Below the pieces are notes generated by a model. The model searched no databases and was not told where the DNA came from. It worked only from the letters and a program-made list of their open reading frames with translations. The translations under genes and the position numbers were made by a program. 64,000 bases of DNA from Myxococcota bacterium (GTDB lineage Bacteria > Myxococcota_A > UBA796 > UBA2385), in the NCBI GenBank assembly GCA_044344255.1, contig JBIJDH010000008.1:192001-256000 (forward strand). Reading direction: 5' to 3'. Position 1 is the stretch's first letter, and every line of letters begins with the position of its first letter. Positions 29,107 through 39,598 of the stretch are shown one piece after another.

Positions 29107-29796
29107 ATGGAACGCATGGGCTCGCGACACACGGACCGGGAATTCGAGCAGGAGCTAGAAGGCCTCCGACAGCGCATCCTGCGCATGGGCGGACGCGTCG
29201 AAGAGATGATGTCCCGCGCCGTCACCGCCGTCGGCCAGGGGCGCCCCGAGGACGCACGCGCCACCATCCTCCTCGATCGGCAGGTCAACCAGGACGAGCT
29301 CGAGGTCGACGAGGTCTGCTTGCGCCTGCTCGCGCGCTGGCAGCCGATGGCCTCTGACCTCCGCTTCATCCTCTTCTCGGTGAAGGTGGTGACCGACCTC
29401 GAGCGTATCGGAGACCTCGCGGTGAACATCTGCGAGCGCGCCGTCGATCTCGGAGAGGCCAGCCCCGCTGACTTGGCGCCCGAGCTGCCGGCCATAGCCC
29501 GCATCGTCTCTGCGATGCTCTCCGGCGCCATTGAGGCCTTCGTCGATCGGGACGCAGAAAAGGCCCGCGCCGTCATCAGCCGCGACGATGAGGTCGATGA
29601 GCTCTACCACATCATCTTCGGCCGACAGGTGGCCCGAATGAGCACCGACCCCGGCATCGCAGACCGACACATCTCCGTGCTCAACGTCGCGCGGTACCTC
29701 GAGCGGGCCGGCGACCACTGTACCAACCTCTGCGAGCAGGTCATCTTCCTGGTGCGCGGCCAAGACGTCCGGCACCAGGGCAAGCGCGTGCACTGA
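29107..29796 (+). CDS. phoU: Phosphate signalling protein PhoU
   Basis: QPMASDLR, DLERIGD, DDEVD, YLERAGDH..N..E. Confidence 0.95.
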   Translation: MERMGSRHTDREFEQELEGLRQRILRMGGRVEEMMSRAVTAVGQGRPEDARATILLDRQVNQDELEVDEVCLRLLARWQPMASDLRFILFSVKVVTDLERIGDLAVNICERAVDLGEASPADLAPELPAIARIVSAMLSGAIEAFVDRDAEKARAVISRDDEVDELYHIIFGRQVARMSTDPGIADRHISVLNVARYLERAGDHCTNLCEQVIFLVRGQDVRHQGKRVH

Positions 29797-29819
29797 GCGG
29801 CCGCGCCCGGAGCGTTCGC

Positions 29820-32174
29820 TCAGGGGTAGACCACCACCCGGTAGCTGCGCTCCTCGCTCCCGGAGATCTTCACCTTCAGGCCGCCCACCTCGACGGTGCC
29901 GTCGGTGAGGGTCTGGCTGGCCTCCCCCGGGCCCGTGGCCGTGCCGCTCACCGTGTAGCGGGTGCCGTCGGCCTCCGTGAAGCGGCCGCCCGAGCCGAAG
30001 ACGCGGAGCTCGCGCGCGCCGTCCATGTCGGAGAGGGTGGTGATGCCGGAGTCGGTGGCGGTGGTGAAGGTGTCCGGGGCCTCGGCCAACAGCGGGATGA
30101 TCGTGCCCTCCGCCGCGAAGACCGGGATGTCCCCCAGCGCCGCCGCCTGCCAGCCGCTCTCGACCTCCGCCCCGCTGAAGTAGTTGAACCAGCGCTGCCC
30201 GCCCGGGAGCTCGACCTCCCGACCCTCTGCGCCCGCCTCCATCACCGGCGCCACGAGCAGGGCGGAGCCCAAGAGCCAGGCGTCGATGCGCGCCCAGTCA
30301 GCCTCCGGATAGACCAGCGCGGGCGCCAACACGAGGGGGATGCCGTCGGTGTGGGCCTTCTCGGCGAGGCCGCGGAGGTAGGGGAAGAGGCGGGCGTGCT
30401 CGATGGCATAGCGGGTGAAGTGGGCGAGGGTCTCCTCGTCGGTGTCGAACTGCCAGTTGTCCTCATCGAAACGACCATGGTGCGTGCGCATGATCGGGGT
30501 GAAGGCCCCGAGCGCGCACCAGCGGAACCACACCTCTTTGGTGGTGGGGGCGTTGCCGATCGAGTTGTAGCCCGCGATGTCGTGCGTGTAGAAGGCGACC
30601 CCCGAGATGCCGAGGCCGATGCCCATCGGGAGCACGGTCGGGAGCCCGTCGTCCGCCTCAAAGCTCGTGCGCTGATCGCCGGCCCAGGTCACGGGAGAGA
30701 CCGCCTGGCTGCCCGTCCAGCCGGAGCGGGTGAAGAAGACCGAGTCCGTGCCTGCCAGGACCTCCGCCGACATCTCCTGCCAGAGGCGGGGGTAGGCGTT
30801 GTGGTCGTCGAGGGCGTCCATGCCTTGCAGGGTGGCGTCGGTGGGCAGCCACTCGGCGTAGTCGGTCATCCAGCCCTCGAGGCCGATCTCGAGCGCCGCG
30901 GTCATCTTCTCCTCCGCCCAGGCCACGGCGTCGGGGTTGGTGGGGTCGAGCACGGTGACCTCGCCCAGGCCCGCGCCGGTGAACCAGTAGGTCTCCTCCC
31001 CGTCAGGAGTGCGCACGCCGAATTCGGCGGCCTCTGACGCCGCCTTGGTGTCCTTGGCGATGAAGGGGGCGAAGTAGCCGAGCCACTTGAAGCCCTGCCC
31101 ATGGAGCTCGGCCGCGATGTCTTCGGCGTTCGGGTAGAGCGCCTCGTCCACCTCCCACTCGTCGGAGAGCTGGTAGCCCACGGCCTGGGGATTGGAGCCC
31201 TTCCAGTCCTCCGTCCAAATGACCGAGGCCGGGGCCCCGGCGGCGCGCAGCGTCGCGGCGACGGTGCGCACCCGCTCCACACCGCGGATCGCGTCGAGCC
31301 AGGGGGCGAAGGCCCAGTCGGGCGGCAGGACGGGCGCCCCCGACGCCAGGGTGTGCGTGCCCACGACCTCGAGGGGGCTGTCTCCCGCGACCACCTTGAG
31401 GTTGAGCACCCCGCTCCAGGTGGTGAGCGACCAACGGCTAGGATCGGAGGCGCAGAGGTCGACGTCGACCCTGCTCCAGGTGCTCACCCCCACGCCCACC
31501 GGCGCGCGCGGGTTCAGGATGAAGGGCACCGGATAGGAGCTCGAGTGGCGCGTGCCCTGGAGGAACCAGTCGGCGGGATAGGCCTCCTGGTCTGACTTTC
31601 CGATGCCCGGCTCGCCCACCCACAGCCCGAAGGCCTCGCCGCGGTGATCCACATCGAAGGCGTGGGCGCCGAGGCCGAGGAAGCGGTCGTCGGGGTCGCA
31701 GGCGAAGGAGGCGCGGGCGCGGTTGGTGCCGCTCGAATCGGAGAGGATCGAGACGTTGAGCACGCGGTCGCCCACCGCCCAGGCGTGCAGCCAGCCCACC
31801 GACTTGTCGCCGGCGCCGATGAGCTCCAGCTCGAGGGAGTCATCGCGGCGCTTGGAGCGGAGCTCTGTCCCCTGCACGGCGGAGAGGTCGAGCGCGGTCT
31901 CGGTGAACTTGTAGCTGCCGACCTGAAAGTCGACCTCGGCCTCGCCTTGTCCGAACTCGAGCTCCTCGAGGTCCAGCAGGCGCTTGCCGTGCCAGTCTAC
32001 GGAGAGCCCCGTGCCCTCCTCCGGCCAGCTCAGCCGAAACTCGCCCACCTCTTGGTCCTGACGGTTGCAGGCCATCGCCAGGCTCAGGCTGAGGATCAGG
32101 CCGAGGCTCCGGCGGGACCGGAGGCGCGAGCGGAGACGAGGGCGGCAGGGCGAGTGGCTCGGGGAGCGGCGCAT
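29820..32174 (-). CDS. GH31 glycoside hydrolase lipoprotein (YihQ-like signature)
   Basis: GWMTDYAE nucleophile region, WAGDQ acid/base, HDIAGY, MRTHHG, LLVAPV. N-terminal RR...LAMAC leader. Start uncertain. Confidence 0.88.
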   Translation of the reverse strand: MRRSPSHSPCRPRLRSRLRSRRSLGLILSLSLAMACNRQDQEVGEFRLSWPEEGTGLSVDWHGKRLLDLEELEFGQGEAEVDFQVGSYKFTETALDLSAVQGTELRSKRRDDSLELELIGAGDKSVGWLHAWAVGDRVLNVSILSDSSGTNRARASFACDPDDRFLGLGAHAFDVDHRGEAFGLWVGEPGIGKSDQEAYPADWFLQGTRHSSSYPVPFILNPRAPVGVGVSTWSRVDVDLCASDPSRWSLTTWSGVLNLKVVAGDSPLEVVGTHTLASGAPVLPPDWAFAPWLDAIRGVERVRTVAATLRAAGAPASVIWTEDWKGSNPQAVGYQLSDEWEVDEALYPNAEDIAAELHGQGFKWLGYFAPFIAKDTKAASEAAEFGVRTPDGEETYWFTGAGLGEVTVLDPTNPDAVAWAEEKMTAALEIGLEGWMTDYAEWLPTDATLQGMDALDDHNAYPRLWQEMSAEVLAGTDSVFFTRSGWTGSQAVSPVTWAGDQRTSFEADDGLPTVLPMGIGLGISGVAFYTHDIAGYNSIGNAPTTKEVWFRWCALGAFTPIMRTHHGRFDEDNWQFDTDEETLAHFTRYAIEHARLFPYLRGLAEKAHTDGIPLVLAPALVYPEADWARIDAWLLGSALLVAPVMEAGAEGREVELPGGQRWFNYFSGAEVESGWQAAALGDIPVFAAEGTIIPLLAEAPDTFTTATDSGITTLSDMDGARELRVFGSGGRFTEADGTRYTVSGTATGPGEASQTLTDGTVEVGGLKVKISGSEERSYRVVVYP

Positions 32175-32226
32175 GATCACCTCCTCCGCGCACTATCAAG
32201 AAAGGCGCGCGGGCGCGGGGGCCGCC

Positions 32227-32844
32227 CTACCGAGGCCGACGCACCGCCCGAATCACGGCCACCGCGGGGTGCAGGCGCTCGGCGAAGTGGAGGAAGCCGG
32301 CCCGGTCGAGCTCGCCGGTGACGTCGTCTACCGAGGGCGCGAAGCGGTGCTCCCGATCGAGCCAACCCTCCACGCCGTCGAGGCGGTCGGGTGGGAGGCT
32401 CCAGAGCAGATCGCCGATGACCAGCAAGCCGTCGGGGGGCAGCGCGGCGTGCAGGCGCCCCCAGAGCGCGCGCCGCTCCGCCGCGTCGAGCAGAGAGAGC
32501 GATCGGGCCATCATCACGGTGCTGAGCCCAGGGATGACGGGGGGATCCCGCAGATCGCCGAGCTGGAAGGAGAGGTTCGGGGCGTCGCTCCGCCCGCGGG
32601 CGAGCGCGAGGCGCAGCGGCGAGCAGTCGAGGCCCACCCCTCGGCGGATGAAGGGGGCGACGTCGCTGAGCATCCTCCCCGTGCCGCAGCCGAGGTCGAG
32701 CAGGACGTCCTTGTCCTCGAGCTCGGCCCGGTCGAGGACGGTGTGGTGGATGACCTCGTACCAATGGGCGAGCGCAGGATCTGCGGGCTGTTCTTCGAGG
32801 TGCTGGTCGAAGTGGCGGATGAGCTCGGGGAGGGGCCGCTTCAT
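32227..32844 (-). CDS. Class I SAM-dependent methyltransferase
   Basis: LLDLGCGTG, GLD.S, GDL, LPPDG.LVIGD. Overlaps the upstream stop (ATGA). Confidence 0.85.
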   Translation of the reverse strand: MKRPLPELIRHFDQHLEEQPADPALAHWYEVIHHTVLDRAELEDKDVLLDLGCGTGRMLSDVAPFIRRGVGLDCSPLRLALARGRSDAPNLSFQLGDLRDPPVIPGLSTVMMARSLSLLDAAERRALWGRLHAALPPDGLLVIGDLLWSLPPDRLDGVEGWLDREHRFAPSVDDVTGELDRAGFLHFAERLHPAVAVIRAVRRPR

Positions 32845-34784
32845 GGAGCCAGCGGGACGAAGAGGTGGTTGACGGTCGCCATCCAGGCGGTCGTTCCGTC
32901 CACCACCGACTGCGGCCCGGAGACAGGGAAGCGGTCGAGCGCGGGGACCACCTCGGGGGGGAGCTGGATCAGGGGGGCGCCGCCGGACTGGCCCTGGGCC
33001 CGCGCCTCCACCCGCACGAGGCCCGGCTCGCGGCCGGTCGTGTAGTAGACCTGCGCCACGCCGGCGTCGTCGGTGGTGGCCTTCGCGGGGAGCATCCCGT
33101 CCCCCTCGGTCACGTCGAGCTCGAGTGGGACGCCGGTGACCGGGTAGCCGAACTCGTCAAGGCAGAGCACCGTGAGCATCGTGCTCGACACGCCGTCCAG
33201 GGGGAGGCGGCTGCGCGTGGGGAGCACGAGGATCTGCCGAACGGGGTTCTGATTGGCCGGCGCCTTGACCGTGCCGAGGAGGTCGACCGGCGACTTTCCG
33301 CTCACCGTGAAGGTGGCCTTGTAGTCGCCCTGGGTGAGGTCCTTCACGGGCCCCGCGATGCGCCCACCGTCGATCTTGAAGGCGAGGCTGCGCCCGGCGA
33401 GACCCTGGCCGTCGCGCCCGGTGACGTGGGCCGTCACCTCGAGGGTGGTGACGCCAGCCGGCAGCGGGCTCGGGCTGGGGGTGAGGCTGAGCCCGACCGC
33501 GCGGCCCGGGCTGAGCGTCACGCTCCGCTTGTCCTGCTGTCCCTTCTCGGGGAGCACCACCTCCACCGACACGGCGCCCGGTGGGGTGGGCTTGCCCGCG
33601 GTCGAGCCCCCCTTGGTCGAGCCCCCCTTGGTGGGCGCGGGCAGGGCGACGGGCGGGGACCAGGAGGCGACGTAGACGCCGTTGCCCTCGTGACGGGTGT
33701 CGGAGACCACCCCCGCCGAGACCTTGATCACCGGCTTGGCGCCGCTGTCCGGCTGCCCCTCGGGGGTGACCACGAAGGCCCGAAGGGGCACGGAGAGGGC
33801 GGGGTCAGCCGGCACCCCGCTGAAGGTGGGCAGCAGCCGCACCCGCGCGGCTGGGGTGAGCTTGAGGTCGAGCGGGGTCTCCTTCGCCACGTTGTTCACA
33901 TAGGAGACCACGGTGGCCTTCCCAACCCCCGGCGAGAGGATCGCCTGAACCTTCGCGTTCCCCGACTTGTCGGCTGTGACGGGCCCAAACTCGCGACCCC
34001 CGAGCCGGAGGAGGACGCTGCCGCCCGGGCCGCCCTTCACCGGGAGCTCGGCCTTGGCTTGCAGGGGGATGGAGACCACCCCGTAGGTGCGCGAGGGATC
34101 ACGGCGGTCCGCCACGGTGATCACGGCCACGCCCGGCCTTTGAGGCTGCCCCTTGGCCGCGACGGGCGGCGTGTAGAGGGCAGAGTAGGCCCCGTTGCCC
34201 ATCGGGGTGAGGTTCGAGAGCGTGCCCGAAGACACATTGAACTCGAGGTCGCCGCCGTCTCGGGCGGCGGTGGCCCCCCCGGTGAGGGTGACGGTCAAGC
34301 TGGCGGTCGCGTCCTGGCCGAGCACCAGGGCGGGCGGGCTGGCCGCGAGGGTCACCCGCTGGGCGGGCACCGGGAGCACCGAGATCGCCCAGGCCTTGGC
34401 GATCTTGTCCTTGTTGACGGTCTTACCCTTGAGGCTGATCTCCACCTCCCGCGGGGCATCGACGAGGGGGGGCGTCCACTCCATGCGGAATAGGCCCGGC
34501 CCCACCGAGGTCGGCTGGCTGAGCTCACCGCCGGTGCTCTGCGCCTTCCACTCGAGCTGCCCCAGCGGCTCTCCGCTGCGGTCGAGGGCCAGGACGTGGA
34601 TCAGGGTCTTGCCTTGCCCCGAGCCGTACACCGAGCCCACGGGGAGCATCTCGATGACCAGATCACCGAAGACCGCTCCGCCCACGGCCGCATGGGCGTC
34701 GGAGGCGCGGAGGGCGGTCGCGGGCAGGCCCACGGCGAGGAAGAGGCCGAGGCCGAGGAGCCGAAGTGAGAGCCGCGACACCAT
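32841..34784 (-). CDS. Secreted protein with repeated Ig-like (invasin/Big-like) beta modules
   Basis: Signal peptide. Repeated G.G.Y.A.(Y/W).(P/V) strands. DEFGYPVTGVPL...TTDDAGVA. Confidence 0.65.
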   Translation of the reverse strand: MVSRLSLRLLGLGLFLAVGLPATALRASDAHAAVGGAVFGDLVIEMLPVGSVYGSGQGKTLIHVLALDRSGEPLGQLEWKAQSTGGELSQPTSVGPGLFRMEWTPPLVDAPREVEISLKGKTVNKDKIAKAWAISVLPVPAQRVTLAASPPALVLGQDATASLTVTLTGGATAARDGGDLEFNVSSGTLSNLTPMGNGAYSALYTPPVAAKGQPQRPGVAVITVADRRDPSRTYGVVSIPLQAKAELPVKGGPGGSVLLRLGGREFGPVTADKSGNAKVQAILSPGVGKATVVSYVNNVAKETPLDLKLTPAARVRLLPTFSGVPADPALSVPLRAFVVTPEGQPDSGAKPVIKVSAGVVSDTRHEGNGVYVASWSPPVALPAPTKGGSTKGGSTAGKPTPPGAVSVEVVLPEKGQQDKRSVTLSPGRAVGLSLTPSPSPLPAGVTTLEVTAHVTGRDGQGLAGRSLAFKIDGGRIAGPVKDLTQGDYKATFTVSGKSPVDLLGTVKAPANQNPVRQILVLPTRSRLPLDGVSSTMLTVLCLDEFGYPVTGVPLELDVTEGDGMLPAKATTDDAGVAQVYYTTGREPGLVRVEARAQGQSGGAPLIQLPPEVVPALDRFPVSGPQSVVDGTTAWMATVNHLFVPLAP

Positions 34785-35026
34785 GAAGTTCCTCCAGCGC
34801 TCGGCCTATGGCCGAGGACAGGTCCTGTCGAGGCGCAGGATCCGGATGGACGCACCCGCGGCGCGAGACGGAGACACCCGAGCCCGTCCAGGGAGCCCAT
34901 CCGAGATGTACTCCACAAACCGACATCACCAAATGCCGTTATCGTCTTCTAACTGCGCGCCCCTCTTCCCCAGGGGGCCGCGTTGTGCTTGACTCCGGGT
35001 CTTGACTCCGAGGCGAACGGAAGAGA

Positions 35027-36256
35027 ATGCAAGCCCCCCTCAAGGTTCACCTTGTTGACGACGATCCCGAGATTCTCGAGGTTGTTAGCACCGCTTTGTC
35101 CTCAATCGGTTGTTCAGTCCAGACATCCAAATCGGGCTCCGAGGGCCTGGAGGCCCTGCGAGCGAGCCCTCCGGACTGCGCGATCGTCGACCTCATGATG
35201 CCCGGCATGGACGGTGCAGAGCTCTGCAGACGAATCCGCGCCGACAACACGCTCTCGCACATCAAGATCATCGTGCTGTCCGCGAAGATCTACCCGGCAG
35301 ACCGGAACGCCGCGATGGAGGCCGGCGCCGACGCCTACGCCATCAAGCCGATCCGCATGAAGCAGCTCCAGGACTTGATCACCCACGTCGTCACCGACGA
35401 GGTCACCGCCCACTTCTGGGGGGTGCGCGGCACGCTGCCCGCCCCTTCGCCGAAGAACATGAAGTATGGCGGCAACACCTCCTGCGTGCAGCTCACCTTC
35501 CCCCGCGGGGAGCTCTTCATCCTCGACGCCGGGAGCGGCATCCGCGAGGTCGGTCAGCACCTGATGACCCAGAAGCGCGGGCGGCTGAAGGGGGCGATCA
35601 TGATCACCCACCCCCACTGGGATCACCTCAACGCGCTGCCCTTCTTCGCGCCGCTCTACGTGCCGGGCAACGAGTTCGAGGTCTGTGGCCCCGCGCAGCC
35701 CGGCGCCAGCATGCGAGAGCTGGTCTCGGCGCAGATGGATGGCCGATTTTTCCCGATTACTCCAGGCGAATTCGGCGCCAGCGTCACCTATCGCGACCTC
35801 TACCAGGACGCCTACCGCATCCAAGGTGTGCAGGTGCGCACCATGCTCCTGATGCACCCTGGCGCTTGCCTTGGCTACCGTTTTGAGTACAAAGGCCGCT
35901 CGATCGCCTACATAACCGACAACGAACTTTACCTCGCGAGCTCGGTACATCACGGCGAAGAGTACATGGAGCAGCTCTCGGGCTTCGTGGCCGGTGCCGA
36001 TCTCTTGATCACCGACACCACCTACACCGACGCCGAGTACCCCGCGCGTGTGGGCTGGGGGCACGCCTGTGTCTCCGAGGTCGCCCGCCTCGCCCATAAG
36101 GCCGCGGTGAAGCGGCTCTGCATCTTCCACCACGACCCCGCCCAGAACGACGACGACATCGACCGAAAGCACGGGGCCACGATCGACGCCCTCGCCCGCC
36201 TCGGCTCGACGGTCGAGTGTCTCGCCCCGCGAGAGCGCGACGAGCTCCGAGTCTGA
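35027..36256 (+). CDS. Response regulator receiver fused to MBL-fold metallo-hydrolase
   Basis: LVDDD, D.MMPGMDG, KP (REC). WGVRGT, YGGNTSC, DAGSG, THPHWDH, GWGH, FHHDP (MBL). Confidence 0.9.
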   Translation: MQAPLKVHLVDDDPEILEVVSTALSSIGCSVQTSKSGSEGLEALRASPPDCAIVDLMMPGMDGAELCRRIRADNTLSHIKIIVLSAKIYPADRNAAMEAGADAYAIKPIRMKQLQDLITHVVTDEVTAHFWGVRGTLPAPSPKNMKYGGNTSCVQLTFPRGELFILDAGSGIREVGQHLMTQKRGRLKGAIMITHPHWDHLNALPFFAPLYVPGNEFEVCGPAQPGASMRELVSAQMDGRFFPITPGEFGASVTYRDLYQDAYRIQGVQVRTMLLMHPGACLGYRFEYKGRSIAYITDNELYLASSVHHGEEYMEQLSGFVAGADLLITDTTYTDAEYPARVGWGHACVSEVARLAHKAAVKRLCIFHHDPAQNDDDIDRKHGATIDALARLGSTVECLAPRERDELRV

Positions 36257-36344
36257 GTCGAAGCCACCCTTGTCGGCAGGGTGCGGGGACGCGCACCAAG
36301 CGCTAAGGGACCCAGGCGAAACCGCTCTCCCTCCGGAGCCCCGG

Positions 36345-37559
36345 ATGTCCCTGCTGCTCGCGGCCATCTGCCTCGCCCTGACCGGTCCGTCAGCCCACGC
36401 CCAGAACCCGGAGGCGCGTGTATCCACCGAGAGCGCCGAGCAGGTGCGCCTCGACGAGGACATGCGCCGCCTCGCCTCCCGCGGCCTCTGGGACGGCGTC
36501 GAGCGGAGCTACCTCGAGCTCGTCTACCTCTCCACGCATGGGGTGGTCGTGACCGCGGATCAGCATGATCTCGGCGCCGAGGCCGCCCGAAACCGGGGAG
36601 ACGCCCAGGGCGCCCACGAGCGACTGCTCCGCGCCCAGGAGGTGAGCCCGACCGCCGCGCGAGGCATCGACGTCGCCGATCTGGAGGGCCGCTTCGGCGA
36701 GGTGCACCTCCTCTCCCGCGCGAAGCGGGACAAGGCGGTCCTCTCCGTCACCGACCTCCCCTTCGCCCCCGACGAGCGGGCGGCCGTGCTCTTCGCACAG
36801 AATGAGCTCGCAGCGAAGGGACAATTCAAGGGCTACCTCCCGCGCTTGGCCTACAGCTTCGCCGGTGAGAATTTCACCGTGGTCCCCGGCCAGGTGCCGG
36901 TGGTGATCGAGGTCTCGGCGCTCCCCGAAGGGGAGGGCGCCCAGACCCGCCGCTCGGGGAGCATCAGCCAGGCCCGGGCGCCCCTCCGCGGGCCGATCAT
37001 CACGGTCGGCCCCGCGTGGACTTGGGCGGCGGCCACCGACAACTCCGAGGTCCAGCCCGAGCCCTTCTCCGGGCCGGGGGCGCGGGTCGGCGCCGGCCTG
37101 GACCTCGGGACCACCAACCCGCTCTCCGTGCCCATCGTCATCGGCTACCAGAGCCTGTACGGCGTCCCCCCCGGCGGCGGCGAGCTGCCCGATCGCGCAC
37201 ACTTCGGCTGGGTGCAGGCCTCGCTGGCCATCCACACCCGCACCATGCGCTTCGCGATCGGCCCCGAGCTCGCGCTCGGCTTCGCCTCCTCCACCGGGCT
37301 GCGCACCGATCCGGCGCCGGTCTGGTGCGAGGAGCCGAACACACCCGCGGAGGTCTGCACGGACGCCGCGCTGGCCCGCACCGCCGTCCGCGGCACCCTC
37401 CGCAGCGGCGGGATCGTGGGCGGCTACACCTGGTGGGGGGCCAGCAGCAAGACCTGGCAGGCCGGCCCCACCCTCGAGGGCGGCTTCCTCCACGACGGGG
37501 CGCGGGTCTGGCCCTGGCTCTCCCTCGGCTTCACGGTGCAACCCCAGGGATTTCGGTAG
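36345..37559 (+). CDS. Hypothetical secreted / outer-membrane-like protein
   Basis: Signal peptide ending AHA. GGAG RBS. Amphipathic beta-strand-like C-terminal half. Confidence 0.6.
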   Translation: MSLLLAAICLALTGPSAHAQNPEARVSTESAEQVRLDEDMRRLASRGLWDGVERSYLELVYLSTHGVVVTADQHDLGAEAARNRGDAQGAHERLLRAQEVSPTAARGIDVADLEGRFGEVHLLSRAKRDKAVLSVTDLPFAPDERAAVLFAQNELAAKGQFKGYLPRLAYSFAGENFTVVPGQVPVVIEVSALPEGEGAQTRRSGSISQARAPLRGPIITVGPAWTWAAATDNSEVQPEPFSGPGARVGAGLDLGTTNPLSVPIVIGYQSLYGVPPGGGELPDRAHFGWVQASLAIHTRTMRFAIGPELALGFASSTGLRTDPAPVWCEEPNTPAEVCTDAALARTAVRGTLRSGGIVGGYTWWGASSKTWQAGPTLEGGFLHDGARVWPWLSLGFTVQPQGFR

Positions 37560-37564
37560 GCCTC

Positions 37565-39538
37565 ATGCGTCACCCCCGCCTCGCGCCCTCCCGCCCCCTT
37601 CGCCCCGGGCCCGCTCGCCTCGGCCGCCTCGCGGTCCTCCACGCCGTCCTCCTCGTGGCCTTCGGCGCGCTGTCGGGCTGCGCCTCGAGCTGGGAGCCGC
37701 TCGACAAGGACGGCGACGGATACACCTGGGTCGACGGGGACTGTGACGACACCCGCGCCACCTCCAAGCCCGGCAACGCCGAGGTCTGTAACGGCCTCGA
37801 CGACGACTGCGACGGCGAGATCGACGACGGCGTCGCCGTAGACCTCTGGGCGGACGCCGACGGCGACGGCCACGGCGACCCCACCCGCAACCAGAGCGGC
37901 TGCGCCGAGACGGACGGGCTCGTCGCCAACTTCGACGACTGCGACGACGCCAACCCCTCGGCGGCCCCCGACCTCGTCGAGGTCTGCGACGGCGTCGATC
38001 AGGACTGCGACGGCCGCATCGACGACGAGCCCTCCGACGGCGGCACCTGGTACACCGACGCCGACGCCGACCACCACGGCGACCCCAACGCCGTCGTCCG
38101 AGCCTGCGAGAAGCCAGCCGACGCCGTCACCGAGCCCACCGACTGCGATGACAGCGACGGGGACGTCTTCCCCGATTCACACGCCACAGAGGTGCCCGGA
38201 GACGGCGTCGACCAGGACTGCGACGGCCTCGACGTCTGTACGGACCTCGACTGCGACGGCATCCCCGACCTCTTCATCCCCGCCGAGCGGGCCGGCGCCG
38301 CCGACGATCTCGCGGCCGAGACCGCCTCCCACCTCTACCGCGGTGACCCCGGCGACCACCCCGTGCTGTTCGGCAGCCTCGTGGGGCCGGGCGTGGCCGC
38401 CGCCGCCGCCGCCGACTTCGACCAGGACGGCACCATCGACCTCGCCCTCGGCGCCTCGGCGCCCGGTGAGAGCCGCATCGCCTGGGGTTCGGTCACCGGC
38501 CCTGCGGACGCCGGCAGCGCCTCCTTCACCACCGATGGGGTCGTGGCGATCGCGGCGGCGGAGCTCAGCGGCGACAGCCTCCCGGAGCTCATCCTCCTCG
38601 AAGGGGGGCCGAGCGAGGGCTCCGCCGCCCTCACCCTGTTCCATGGCGCCACGGGCGGGCCCGACCTCGCCCACCCGGTCCACCTCCCCGCTGTCGATCC
38701 CCGCGCCCTCGTCGTGGCCGACCTCGACGGAGACGGCAGCGACGACATCGCGGTCTGTGACCACGCCGGATCCACCATCTACTGGAACGACGCCAGTCTG
38801 TTCTTCACGGAGAGCAACCAGATCAACCTGCCGAGCAGCGGCTGCGCAGGCATCGTCGCCGAAGACCTCGACCAGGACGGCGACATCGACCTGGTCCTCG
38901 CCAACAGCGACGCTGACTCCGAGATCCTCTGGAACCAGGGCGACCACTTCGCCAGCCCCGACCGAACCGCCCTCCCCACCCGCGGCGCCTGGAGCGTGAC
39001 CGCCGCCGATCTCGACGGCGATGGCTGGAGCGACCTCGTCTTCGGGGCCTGGGCCGGCGAGGGTATCGACCCCGCCGAGCCCGTGGGCGGGGACTGGGAG
39101 AACCTCGTCCTGGCCTACTACAGCAACGAGGGGGTCTTCACCTCCACCGACGCCGATGGCCTGCTGGCCACCGGCGGGGCGTACCCGGCGGTGGGCGACC
39201 TCAACGGCGACGGCCTGCTCGAGATCGTCGTCCCCGGCTACCGCAGCGAGGCCGGCGACTGGTCCCCCGGCAGCGCCATCTGGTGGGGGGACGCCGCCGG
39301 CTACGGCACCGCGAGCCGCACCCTGCTCGACACCGCCAACAGCCTGCGCGTCCGCCTCCTCGACGCCGACCAGGACGGCGACCTCGACCTGCTGTTCACC
39401 GGCTGGTTCGACGGCGGGGACCACGACGTGCGCCCCCGCATCTACTCGAATGAGGGCGGGGCCTTCGACGAGGCCCACCTGGACGACCTCGAGACCGCCG
39501 GAGCCTGGGCGAGCCCCCTCTGGATCGGCCAGCGCTGA
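37565..39538 (+). CDS. Lipoprotein with Asp/Cys 'putative metal-binding' (MopE-related) repeats and FG-GAP repeats
   Basis: Lipobox LSGC. DxDGDG..DCDD...E.C.G.D.DCDG repeats. ADFDQDG, DLDGDG, GDLNGDG repeats. Confidence 0.85.
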   Translation: MRHPRLAPSRPLRPGPARLGRLAVLHAVLLVAFGALSGCASSWEPLDKDGDGYTWVDGDCDDTRATSKPGNAEVCNGLDDDCDGEIDDGVAVDLWADADGDGHGDPTRNQSGCAETDGLVANFDDCDDANPSAAPDLVEVCDGVDQDCDGRIDDEPSDGGTWYTDADADHHGDPNAVVRACEKPADAVTEPTDCDDSDGDVFPDSHATEVPGDGVDQDCDGLDVCTDLDCDGIPDLFIPAERAGAADDLAAETASHLYRGDPGDHPVLFGSLVGPGVAAAAAADFDQDGTIDLALGASAPGESRIAWGSVTGPADAGSASFTTDGVVAIAAAELSGDSLPELILLEGGPSEGSAALTLFHGATGGPDLAHPVHLPAVDPRALVVADLDGDGSDDIAVCDHAGSTIYWNDASLFFTESNQINLPSSGCAGIVAEDLDQDGDIDLVLANSDADSEILWNQGDHFASPDRTALPTRGAWSVTAADLDGDGWSDLVFGAWAGEGIDPAEPVGGDWENLVLAYYSNEGVFTSTDADGLLATGGAYPAVGDLNGDGLLEIVVPGYRSEAGDWSPGSAIWWGDAAGYGTASRTLLDTANSLRVRLLDADQDGDLDLLFTGWFDGGDHDVRPRIYSNEGGAFDEAHLDDLETAGAWASPLWIGQR

Positions 39539-39598
39539 GCGAGACCTTCCGGCCGATCCCGCGCGCATCGCGGCGTGGGCAGGCCCGCGGAGCGGGGT

